DNA of 54,904 bases from a virus (lineage: Duplodnaviria; Caudoviricetes): IMG/VR virus record IMGVR_UViG_3300033273_000309, positions 1 to 54,904 of that record, one strand, 5' to 3'. Positions 1-7,214 of the stretch are shown here, one piece after another (the first letter of the stretch is position 1; each line of letters opens with the position of its first letter). The translations under genes and the position numbers were made by a program. Under the pieces are notes generated by a model, which saw only the letters and a list, made by a program, of their open reading frames with translations, searched no databases and was not told the origin of the DNA.

Positions 1-228
1 GTTTCTTATGTCTACCTTCACGGTCATAAGATTGCTGAAGTCGGTGAAAGTTTCGTGACTTTGTATGATGGTGGTTGGCAGACTGCTACCACTAAGTCCC
101 GTCTGAACGCTGTACTTTCTGAGAACGGATTGCCTGGTGAGAGTGTATTCCAGAAGAATTATGAGTGGTTCGTTCGTTTAAGCGATGGTACGACGATTCC
201 GTTCTTCTCGGGTATGCGTCTCAACTGA
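1..228 (+). CDS. Partial (5'-truncated) conserved phage hypothetical protein
   Basis: Frame 1 is open from position 1 to TGA at 226-228: ...VYLHGHKIAEVGESFVTLYDGGWQTATTKSRLNAVL...FFSGMRLN*. The DGGWQTxTTKSRLNA motif is typical of cyanophage small early ORFs. Not in the ORF track. Confidence 0.75.
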   Translation, partial: VSYVYLHGHKIAEVGESFVTLYDGGWQTATTKSRLNAVLSENGLPGESVFQKNYEWFVRLSDGTTIPFFSGMRLN

Positions 229-278
229 CAATCTTCTCTCATTCGTTTACTCTAACTCTCCGTCCATTCTTGACACTC

Positions 279-470
279 ATGACTGAAATCAACGTTGCAA
301 CCGCTAGCAAACTCGATCTGATGATTGCTGACACTCAAGGGAAGATTAAGTACACTGTGCTACCCACTCGCAAACCCCGTAAATCGCTGCTCGTTCTCAG
401 TCAAACTAAGGGTCTCCGCACTAACACTAATCGCCAGGGTCAGAGCACTCCTCAAGCATCAATCGTCTGA
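279..470 (+). CDS. Small basic hypothetical protein (63 aa)
   Basis: ATG at 279 (MTEINVATASKLDL...) lies within track ORF 165..470. The upstream extension overlaps the previous gene, so 279 is the likelier start. Confidence 0.6.
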   Translation: MTEINVATASKLDLMIADTQGKIKYTVLPTRKPRKSLLVLSQTKGLRTNTNRQGQSTPQASIV

Positions 471-475
471 GGTAG

Positions 476-504
476 TTGACAGAAACCCTCCGAGAGTTTA
501 TAAT
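476..504 (+). promoter_or_regulatory. Sigma70-type (early) promoter, perfect consensus
   Basis: TTGACA (476-481), a 17-nt spacer and TATAAT (499-504). The -10 box is flanked by the inverted repeat ACCCTCC (485-491) / GGAGGGT (511-517). Confidence 0.8.
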
Positions 505-548
505 ACTTTTGGAGGGTACTTTTCATTAGTAGTATACTTATGTCCGCC

Positions 549-796
549 ACGAACACGACAACGAACACGAAGACCTTATGAGCAGCTAACTCTCGGGCAG
601 TTTGAGCAGTTAACGTCGCGGTCTTATGTGTAGCGGTGGGGCGCGGTGCGATTAAAAAAACGCTAACTTCCCTAATCTATAACGAACCCAATAAGCGCTC
701 GAAATATTCAACGCATTTTCAACGCATTTCAAAATTTTTTTCGTGGCCAGAATCACCTATAAGGTTTAATAGGTATGAAAATTTTTTTCGTGGCCA
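549..796. repeat. Non-coding cluster of short direct repeats
   Basis: ACGAACACGA x2 (549, 561); TGAGCAGYTAAC x2 (579, 603); TCAACGCATTT tandem x2 (708, 719); AAAATTTTTTTCGTGGCCA x2 (731, 778) flanking the hairpin ACCTAT/ATAGGT (755-774). Confidence 0.85.
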
Positions 797-802
797 TAAA
801 TA
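795..802 (+). promoter_or_regulatory. T4-like late promoter variant (CATAAATA)
   Basis: NATAAATA ending 22 nt before the ATG at 825. Confidence 0.55.
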
Positions 803-824
803 CCGCCAAGGAAGATGAATAACA

Positions 825-2042
825 ATGGAAGTAAAGACTTTATCATCATTTCGTAGTGGCGGAATACCATTTAACAATACCTTAGAACATTTCTTTGATA
901 ACTACACTACTAATGAAGAAGTAGAATGTTATCAATTACTTTTCTGTCCTTATGGAGATGGTTCTTCCTTTGAGGATTTAAACAATATTGAATTTCAGAG
1001 CAAAATAGTTATTTTAAATATTGCAGATAATATTATCGATGCATGGGATAACTTTGACATTGCAACTTTAACAGAGTTTTGCAATAATCATCCTGAACAA
1101 AATTTCATTATTTTTTCTTGGAATATAGGTTTTTGGAGACAGTTTGATCTACCTAACCTGTATATGGATACGATATTAACTTCAACGTTATCCGAAAAGT
1201 TAAAACCTTGTAAGAAAAAAGAGATATCAAATAGATGGTTATGTTTAAATTCGGATACTAAACTGCATAAGGTTATGTCCGTATCTTATTTGTTATCTAA
1301 GAGTTATAATTATCTTGGCGATATTAGTTTTAATTTAGATGCACCTGCATTAGTTGGTCCCAAGGATTATAAACGGATAACACCAATACCTGATCATTTA
1401 AAGGAAAGTTTTAATGCAGGGTATAAACTGTTTAAGGATAGAGATTTTGAGTTATTGAATATAAGTGACTTCGATAAAGATACTGATACGGTAGGTAGTA
1501 ATTATAATACTAAGTTAATGCCTACTATGGAAAAAGTCGGCGTTGAGATTATAAACGGTACGATGTTTTTTGAAAATACGCCGGGCTTTTCTGAAAAGGA
1601 ATGTCAAAACTTTTTTGCTAAGAACTTTCCAATCTATATTAATGGAGTTGGAATTGTGCGAGAGATAAAAGAGTTTTTTAGTGGTATCGATTTATTTGAC
1701 GATATCATCGATCACAGTTATGATGGAATTGAAGATCATTTCGAAAGAATGGCTGCAGCAATTGATAGGAATGAACGTCTGTTAGATGGTTCTATGAATA
1801 TTCAAGAGTTGTGGTTAGATAATCAAAAACGATTTGATTCTAATGCTGAGTTGATTGCTGATATGATGCATAATGAAACAACTCAAAATAGGATAAATGC
1901 TGATAAGATTAAACGAGCTTTATCTCATTTCAATATATCAGTCAAACAAAAATCTAAATCATTACCAAAATTAAATTCAAAACCTAAACCTAAAAGAACT
2001 CGAAAACCAAGAAAACCTAAGGTAACACAAGAGTCTGAATAA
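825..2042 (+). CDS. Hypothetical protein, possibly glycosyltransferase-like, with a Lys/Pro/Arg-rich C-terminal tail
   Basis: 405-aa ORF. Motifs WLCLN..HK and SEK....F....PI.I.G......DLFDDIIDHSYD....ER resemble a family of putative GT-B-like proteins in marine phages. Function is inferred only. Confidence 0.6.
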   Translation: MEVKTLSSFRSGGIPFNNTLEHFFDNYTTNEEVECYQLLFCPYGDGSSFEDLNNIEFQSKIVILNIADNIIDAWDNFDIATLTEFCNNHPEQNFIIFSWNIGFWRQFDLPNLYMDTILTSTLSEKLKPCKKKEISNRWLCLNSDTKLHKVMSVSYLLSKSYNYLGDISFNLDAPALVGPKDYKRITPIPDHLKESFNAGYKLFKDRDFELLNISDFDKDTDTVGSNYNTKLMPTMEKVGVEIINGTMFFENTPGFSEKECQNFFAKNFPIYINGVGIVREIKEFFSGIDLFDDIIDHSYDGIEDHFERMAAAIDRNERLLDGSMNIQELWLDNQKRFDSNAELIADMMHNETTQNRINADKIKRALSHFNISVKQKSKSLPKLNSKPKPKRTRKPRKPKVTQESE

Positions 2043-2087
2043 TCAAAACTCATATATAATTTTTGAACATGATGGGATTTAAAATAA

Positions 2088-2237
2088 ATGCAACTCAAGT
2101 TTGATTATCAAGAAAAAGATTTATTAATCGATTGTCTTCAATATCGTTTATATACAGATAAGATCTTGGTTATCAATGATTCTCTCAGAAATGAGATAGA
2201 GGATTTATTGATAAAGGTCGAAGAAGAATGTATCTGA
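2088..2237 (+). CDS. Small hypothetical protein (49 aa)
   Basis: MQLKFDYQEKDLLIDCLQYRLYTDK...VEEECI*. It fills the gap between flanking genes and is below the ORF-track cutoff. Confidence 0.6.
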   Translation: MQLKFDYQEKDLLIDCLQYRLYTDKILVINDSLRNEIEDLLIKVEEECI

Positions 2238-2243
2238 ATATTG

Positions 2244-2251
2244 TCTAAATA
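2244..2251 (+). promoter_or_regulatory. Late promoter variant (TCTAAATA)
   Basis: Intergenic CTAAATA upstream of the ATG at 2315. Confidence 0.4.
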
Positions 2252-2314
2252 CCCCAGAACCATTGCATGATTTGATTTGTGGTGGTAGAATAGTAATGTA
2301 GCAATTCTAATTTT

Positions 2315-3067
2315 ATGTCTAAAGGATTTACAATTAAAGCAAACGCACCCACCCCTAAAAAGAACACGGAAGAGTTTGATCTTCAAGCTGCAAAAGAGAT
2401 GGTACGAGGTAAGTCAATCGTCTTTTGTATGCCTGGTCGTGGGTGTTCTTATACTTTTTTGAAGAACTTTGTTCAGTTGTGTTTTGACCTTGTTCAAAAT
2501 GGTGCTGCAATTCAGATTTCTCAAGATTATAGTTCTATGGTGAACTTTGCACGTTGCAAGTGTCTTGGTGCAAATGTTCTTCGTGGACCAAAACAAATTC
2601 CCTGGGATGGTAAACTCAAGTATGATTACCAACTCTGGATCGATAATGATATTGTCTTCAGTACCGAAGCTTTCTATCGTCTGGTTGCAATGGACAAAGA
2701 TATTGCAGCTGGTTGGTATATGACCGAAGATGGTCGCACCACGTCTGTTGCACACTGGTTGGAAGAAGATGACTTCAAGAACAACGGTGGTGTCATGAAC
2801 CATGAAACTGGTGAGACGATGCAGAAACGTCGTAAGCCTTTTACTGTTGACTACACTGGTTTCGGTTGGGTTCTGATTAAGAAGGGTGTCTTCGAAGCTC
2901 TCACTTATCCTTGGTTTGCTCCTCAGATGCAAGTCTTTGATTCTGGTGAAGTTCAAGACATGTGTGGTGAAGACGTATCATTCTGTCTTGATGCTAAGAA
3001 GGAAGGTTTTGAGATCTGGTGTGATCCAAAGATTCGTGTTGGACACGAGAAGACTCGCGTGATCTGA
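2315..3067 (+). CDS. Conserved cyanophage GT-A/GT2-like glycosyltransferase
   Basis: IVFCMPGR...VNFARCK...LWIDNDIVF (DxD motif)...YTGFGWVLIKKGVFE...GEDVSFC...DPKIRVGHEK, a typical GT-A pattern. Confidence 0.75.
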   Translation: MSKGFTIKANAPTPKKNTEEFDLQAAKEMVRGKSIVFCMPGRGCSYTFLKNFVQLCFDLVQNGAAIQISQDYSSMVNFARCKCLGANVLRGPKQIPWDGKLKYDYQLWIDNDIVFSTEAFYRLVAMDKDIAAGWYMTEDGRTTSVAHWLEEDDFKNNGGVMNHETGETMQKRRKPFTVDYTGFGWVLIKKGVFEALTYPWFAPQMQVFDSGEVQDMCGEDVSFCLDAKKEGFEIWCDPKIRVGHEKTRVI

Positions 3068-3163
3068 TGGGGGTCTTCTGATCCCTTCTAGGACTGTTTC
3101 GGCACGTTTTAAGTGCCAATTTCGGCGCGAAAAAAACAACCATTAATTATGAGGTACTAAAAA

Positions 3164-3610
3164 ATGACTAGATCAATCTACAAGGATAGTAAAAAAAGAA
3201 CATTTGTAAAAGCACTATCCTACAGAACTTGTGTTGCAATCGGTATTTTCCTTGCAGCACTTGCTATGAATTACACTGCTGGGTTTGGAATTACCTTTGT
3301 GATTCTTTCCTACACTCTTGGATTCGGATCTTTCTGGATTCAAGAGAGAGTTTGGAACCTAGTAAACTGGCAAAGGATCAATAAGAGTGATACAAAGGTC
3401 AGATCTATTGCAAAAACACTCACTTGGCGACTTTGGTCAATGTTTGTTCTGTTTTGTGTCGGTCTTTTCCTTGGTTTGAGTTCAAAACATGCACTAGAGT
3501 GGACAATTGTCACTAATGTCCTGTTCTTTGTTATCTGTTACACCCACGAACGCTTGTGGAATTTGATTAATTGGGGTAAAATCCTAAAACAACCCGCTAT
3601 GGAGGCTTGA
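3164..3610 (+). CDS. Membrane protein with two tandem DUF2061-like repeats
   Basis: Two copies of R(T/S)xxK(A/T)L(S/T)(Y/W)R, hydrophobic helices, then ER(V/L)WNL(V/I)NW. Confidence 0.7.
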   Translation: MTRSIYKDSKKRTFVKALSYRTCVAIGIFLAALAMNYTAGFGITFVILSYTLGFGSFWIQERVWNLVNWQRINKSDTKVRSIAKTLTWRLWSMFVLFCVGLFLGLSSKHALEWTIVTNVLFFVICYTHERLWNLINWGKILKQPAMEA

Positions 3611-3612
3611 AA

Positions 3613-3762
3613 ATGGCAGTAAAATCTAAAACTGGTATCAACAAAAGTGGTTATACCTCTGGAACTCCGAAAAAAACTCGACAGGGTTCTGGAAATGGTA
3701 CAAAATACGCTGCTTCTTCTCGAAATAATGCAAAAAAGCCGTATCGTGGTCAGGGGCGATAA
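3613..3762 (+). CDS. Small basic conserved phage protein (49 aa)
   Basis: MAVKSKTG...PKKTRQGSG...KKPYRGQGR*, with SD GGAGG at 3601. The KKTRQG/YRGQG motif is familiar from T4-like marine phages. Missed by the track. Confidence 0.75.
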   Translation: MAVKSKTGINKSGYTSGTPKKTRQGSGNGTKYAASSRNNAKKPYRGQGR

Positions 3763-3765
3763 ATA
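3758..3765 (+). promoter_or_regulatory. Late promoter variant (GATAAATA)
   Basis: NATAAATA overlapping the upstream stop codon, ahead of the ATG at 3789. Confidence 0.5.
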
Positions 3766-3788
3766 ATTATAAGTTAATTTTTAAGAAA

Positions 3789-3944
3789 ATGTCAGAAGCA
3801 ACCCCAAAAGTAGGACCATCAGCAGCTGATGCACCAGCAGAAGCACCAAAAGACGCTCAAGTTTTTGGTTATGATGTTGCAGCTAACGCAAAAACTGCTG
3901 CTCCAAGGAAGGCAAACCCCGCTTCTCCTTTAGCTGCAGGTTGA
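3789..3944 (+). CDS. Small Ala/Pro-rich hypothetical protein (51 aa)
   Basis: MSEATPKVGPSAADAPAEAPK...SPLAAG*. It abuts the next ATG at 3946. Confidence 0.65.
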   Translation: MSEATPKVGPSAADAPAEAPKDAQVFGYDVAANAKTAAPRKANPASPLAAG

Positions 3945-3945
3945 T

Positions 3946-4413
3946 ATGAGTGAAAAGGAAGCGTATATTCATGAATGGATACGACAAGTTTCCAAGGAAA
4001 GACCCGAATTGGGTGGATTCGCGGTCTGTCCTTACGCTTCCAACTCAAATACTTTAATTGTAGAAACAACAATCGATGGCATTGTACCTAAATCTGGGTA
4101 TGATGTCATCGTTTTTATTATTGAAGATTTTTGGAGACCCAATCAAGTTGAAAAATGGGTGAATTTTTACAATAAAAAGTACCCATATTATAAATTTTTT
4201 GATGATGTCTCAACAAGAGACACTTTTATAAACGAAGTGAAGACAAATAATGACCATTACAACTTAATTTTGTGTCAATCTAAGAAAAAATTAAGTTCTT
4301 TTAGGAAAAAATTGTCTGAAACTAACTATTATAGTTACTGGACAGAAGAATATCTTGAAGAAGTCTTAGGTAAAGATGTTAAATATATAAAAAAGGAAAC
4401 CGAAGAAGAGTAA
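3946..4413 (+). CDS. Hypothetical protein (W....R..LGG.AVCPYA motif; DUF1415-like N-terminus)
   Basis: 155-aa ORF, tightly packed with its neighbours. Confidence 0.7.
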   Translation: MSEKEAYIHEWIRQVSKERPELGGFAVCPYASNSNTLIVETTIDGIVPKSGYDVIVFIIEDFWRPNQVEKWVNFYNKKYPYYKFFDDVSTRDTFINEVKTNNDHYNLILCQSKKKLSSFRKKLSETNYYSYWTEEYLEEVLGKDVKYIKKETEEE

Positions 4414-4616
4414 TGGAAGAATTTGATCTACCGCAAAGACCAAATACGTCAAAAAGTGATGACGCTGTAAAAGGATCAGACGGAATTGGCACAAAATATC
4501 TTTCTGACCATGAAAAAGCTATGTTAGAAGTAGCACAACAGTACTTGCCACCGCAAATGAGGTCTTTTGCAATGCAAGATATGGTAAAAAACTTAAAAAA
4601 AGAGGATAATCGTTGA
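4413..4616 (+). CDS. Hypothetical protein (67 aa)
   Basis: TAATG stop/start overlap with the upstream gene. Confidence 0.6.
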   Translation: MEEFDLPQRPNTSKSDDAVKGSDGIGTKYLSDHEKAMLEVAQQYLPPQMRSFAMQDMVKNLKKEDNR

Positions 4617-4672
4617 CATCTCGGGATAGCAACCCCGTAAAAAGTTCTGATTTTTACAATCAGGAGCTAAAA

Positions 4673-4900
4673 ATGTCAGTCAATCCAATACCAGATCAGG
4701 GTCAAGACTTTATTGACTCTGGAATGACCCTTATTACTGATCCAAAGTCAGATAAGTATCTCAATATGCTAAGGGAAGTCACTCATGATCACATCAATGA
4801 TCTAAAAAGACAGACCAAATTGCATGAAAAAATTCGCAATGATGAAGACTATGATGATTGGGAATATGGTACTGAACCTACATATGGAAAAAAGTGGTGA
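4673..4900 (+). CDS. Conserved cyanophage hypothetical protein
   Basis: SD AGGAG at 4662-4666, then ATG at 4673 (MSVNPIPDQGQDFIDSGMTLITDPKSDKYL). The track start at 4613 (TTG) is less likely. Confidence 0.7.
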   Translation: MSVNPIPDQGQDFIDSGMTLITDPKSDKYLNMLREVTHDHINDLKRQTKLHEKIRNDEDYDDWEYGTEPTYGKKW

Positions 4901-4917
4901 AAATGTCTTATACATAT

Positions 4918-4925
4918 AATAAATA
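4918..4925 (+). promoter_or_regulatory. Late promoter (AATAAATA) for the baseplate operon
   Basis: Intergenic NATAAATA just before gp25. Confidence 0.6.
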
Positions 4926-4940
4926 CCCTTAGTTTGAGTA

Positions 4941-5339
4941 ATGCTTAGGATTTCTCGCAAATTTAAAGATATTAGTCTCTCCTTTGTGAGGAATCCTGTA
5001 ACTAATGATATTCTTGCAATAACTGATGCTGATGCCATTAAAAAATCTGTCATCAATCTAGTTAGAACTAGAACTGGAGAGAGATTTTATAATAGTTTGT
5101 TGGGATCTCAAGTAGAAGATTCCATGTTTGAGTTGCAAAGTCAAGAAATTGCAATCAATTTAGAACTTGACATCAAAACACTATTATCAAATTATGAACC
5201 TAGAATCTCGGTGCAGACAGTTCAAGTAACTTATCCTGAAGATTCTAATGATTTGAATATAAGAATTTCATACAACATAATAGGAATTTCTATTCCTGCT
5301 CAAACTGTAGAATTCATACTCCAACCAACTAGAGTCTAA
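4941..5339 (+). CDS. gp25: Baseplate wedge subunit, T4 gp25-like
   Basis: FKDISLSF..NP...D......DAIKKSV.NL..T..GER......GS......FE...I...L..YEPRI motif; lies directly before gp6. Confidence 0.9.
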   Translation: MLRISRKFKDISLSFVRNPVTNDILAITDADAIKKSVINLVRTRTGERFYNSLLGSQVEDSMFELQSQEIAINLELDIKTLLSNYEPRISVQTVQVTYPEDSNDLNIRISYNIIGISIPAQTVEFILQPTRV

Positions 5340-7213
5340 TGTCCTTCAATCAATTTACAAATTTAGACTTTAATGATCTAAGAACCCAGATTAAAGATTA
5401 TCTGCGTGTCAATCAAAATTTTACTGATTTTGATTTTGAGGGATCTAACTTTTCTGTTTTAATAGATTTACTTGCTTATAATAGTTACTTAACTGCCTAC
5501 AATACAAATATGGCAGTTAATGAAGTATTTCTAGAAAGTGCCACTCTTAGAGAAAACGTAGTTTCACTTGCTAGAAATATTGGGTATCTTCCAAGATCGA
5601 AACGGTCTTCCAGAGCAAATGTAAGTTTTACCGTTGATATGAGCGGAACAGACGCTAGGAATGTAAAACTGTTGGCTGGACAAGTTGCTCTTGGAGCTGT
5701 TACAGACGGTAATTATATTTTTTCTATACCAGAAGATATTACAACACCTGTTAATAGTGATGGAACTGCTATTTTTGATAATCTTCCAATTTATGAAGGT
5801 ATATTTTTAACAAGTACATTTGTAGTAGATGAATCACAAACCAATCAGAGATTTGTAATACCAAACGTAAATGTAGATACAACTTCAATCCGAGTTAAGG
5901 TAACCAATTCCGTAACTGAAGTTTACTCTGCATATGATAATATATTAGATATTGGAAAGGATTCCAGAATATTCTTAATTCAAGAAGTTGAAGAATCAAA
6001 ATATGAGATAAGATTCGGTGATGATATTATTGGCAAAAAACCATCTAATGGTAGTAGGATAGAAGTTACATATATTGTCACAAATGGAACTTCTGGTAAT
6101 GGAGCAACTAACTTTACATTCTCTGGGAGATTAAAGGATAATAATTTATTCGATGTTACTTCTGGTATTTCTCTACTAATCACCCAGTCTAAATCTGAAA
6201 GTGGAGATGAAATTGAATCTATTGACTCAATCAAATACTTTGCACCTAAAGTATACGCCTCACAGTACCGTGCCGTCACCTCTAACGACTACAAATCTCT
6301 CATTCCGACCATTTACCCCAACGTTGAATCTGTCAATGCCTACGGGGGAGATGAGTTGGATCCACCAGAGTACGGCAAAGTCTTTATATCTATTAAACCA
6401 AGAAACGGAACATTTTTATCCGAGGTTACAAAACAGACAATATTAAGTACAATTAGAAAATATTCAATAGCCGGAATTAGACCACAGATTATAGACCTCT
6501 CTTATCTCTACATTGAGTTGGAATCTGCGGTTTATTATAATGCAAACCAAACGAGTAATCCAGAAGTTGTAAAAACAAAAGTCATTGATACTTTAACGGA
6601 ATACGCTAATTCCAAAGATGTCAACAGTTTTGGTGGTAGGTTTAAGTATAGTAAAGCGGTTGGTTTAATTGATGATTGTAATAAGTCTATTACATCTAAC
6701 ATTACAAAGGTTAAGATGAGGAGGGATTTGAATCCTGAATTGAATACATTTGCGACTTATGAACTTTGTTTTGGAAACAGAATACATGTTAACGATGCTG
6801 GATATTCTGTAAAGTCTACTGGATTCTTAGTTGAAGGTGTTGCTGATGTTCTTTATATGACGGATAAACCTTCTTTAACAAATAAATCGGTGGGCACTAT
6901 TGTTTTCTTTAAGTTGGAAAATAACGTTCCAATCATCACAAAGAATAACGCAGGAACAATTGACTATATTAGAGGTGAAATAAGACTCGATGTTGTTAAT
7001 ATAACATCAGCTGTTTTAAATAATGGATTTATTGAAGTCCAAGCAATCCCAGAGTCTAATGATATTATTGGACTTCAGGATTTGTATTTGCAATTAGATG
7101 TTAAAAATTCTGTGGTAAATACAGTAGAAGATGTTGTCAGTTCTGGTGAAAATTCTTCTGCAACACAATATGTAACTACATCAAGCTATCTAAACGGAAA
7201 GTATACAAGATAA
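5339..7213 (+). CDS. gp6: Baseplate wedge subunit gp6
   Basis: LDF..L...IKDYL......TDFDFEGSN.SVLIDLLAYN...A.LRENVVSLARNIGY.PRS; RAVT..DY; PPEYGKVFISIKP. Confidence 0.95.
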   Translation: MSFNQFTNLDFNDLRTQIKDYLRVNQNFTDFDFEGSNFSVLIDLLAYNSYLTAYNTNMAVNEVFLESATLRENVVSLARNIGYLPRSKRSSRANVSFTVDMSGTDARNVKLLAGQVALGAVTDGNYIFSIPEDITTPVNSDGTAIFDNLPIYEGIFLTSTFVVDESQTNQRFVIPNVNVDTTSIRVKVTNSVTEVYSAYDNILDIGKDSRIFLIQEVEESKYEIRFGDDIIGKKPSNGSRIEVTYIVTNGTSGNGATNFTFSGRLKDNNLFDVTSGISLLITQSKSESGDEIESIDSIKYFAPKVYASQYRAVTSNDYKSLIPTIYPNVESVNAYGGDELDPPEYGKVFISIKPRNGTFLSEVTKQTILSTIRKYSIAGIRPQIIDLSYLYIELESAVYYNANQTSNPEVVKTKVIDTLTEYANSKDVNSFGGRFKYSKAVGLIDDCNKSITSNITKVKMRRDLNPELNTFATYELCFGNRIHVNDAGYSVKSTGFLVEGVADVLYMTDKPSLTNKSVGTIVFFKLENNVPIITKNNAGTIDYIRGEIRLDVVNITSAVLNNGFIEVQAIPESNDIIGLQDLYLQLDVKNSVVNTVEDVVSSGENSSATQYVTTSSYLNGKYTR

Positions 7214-7214
7214 G

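Noticed and set aside
731-796. Possible mini-CRISPR (19-bp repeats with a 28-nt spacer)
   Set aside because: Only two copies, too short, the spacer is itself a hairpin, and there are no cas genes.
325-818. Track ORFs 325..633 and 636..818
   Set aside because: They run through the promoter and DNA repeats, have no convincing RBS, and their peptide repeats just mirror the DNA repeats.
4613-4645. TTGACA as a -35 box
   Set aside because: No -10 hexamer at 16-18 nt spacing.
6240-6380. C-rich codon patch in gp6 (and a GC-rich patch at ~15790-15842)
   Set aside because: Short, with no structure or shared motif recognised. It may be a recombination scar but cannot be supported from this sequence alone.
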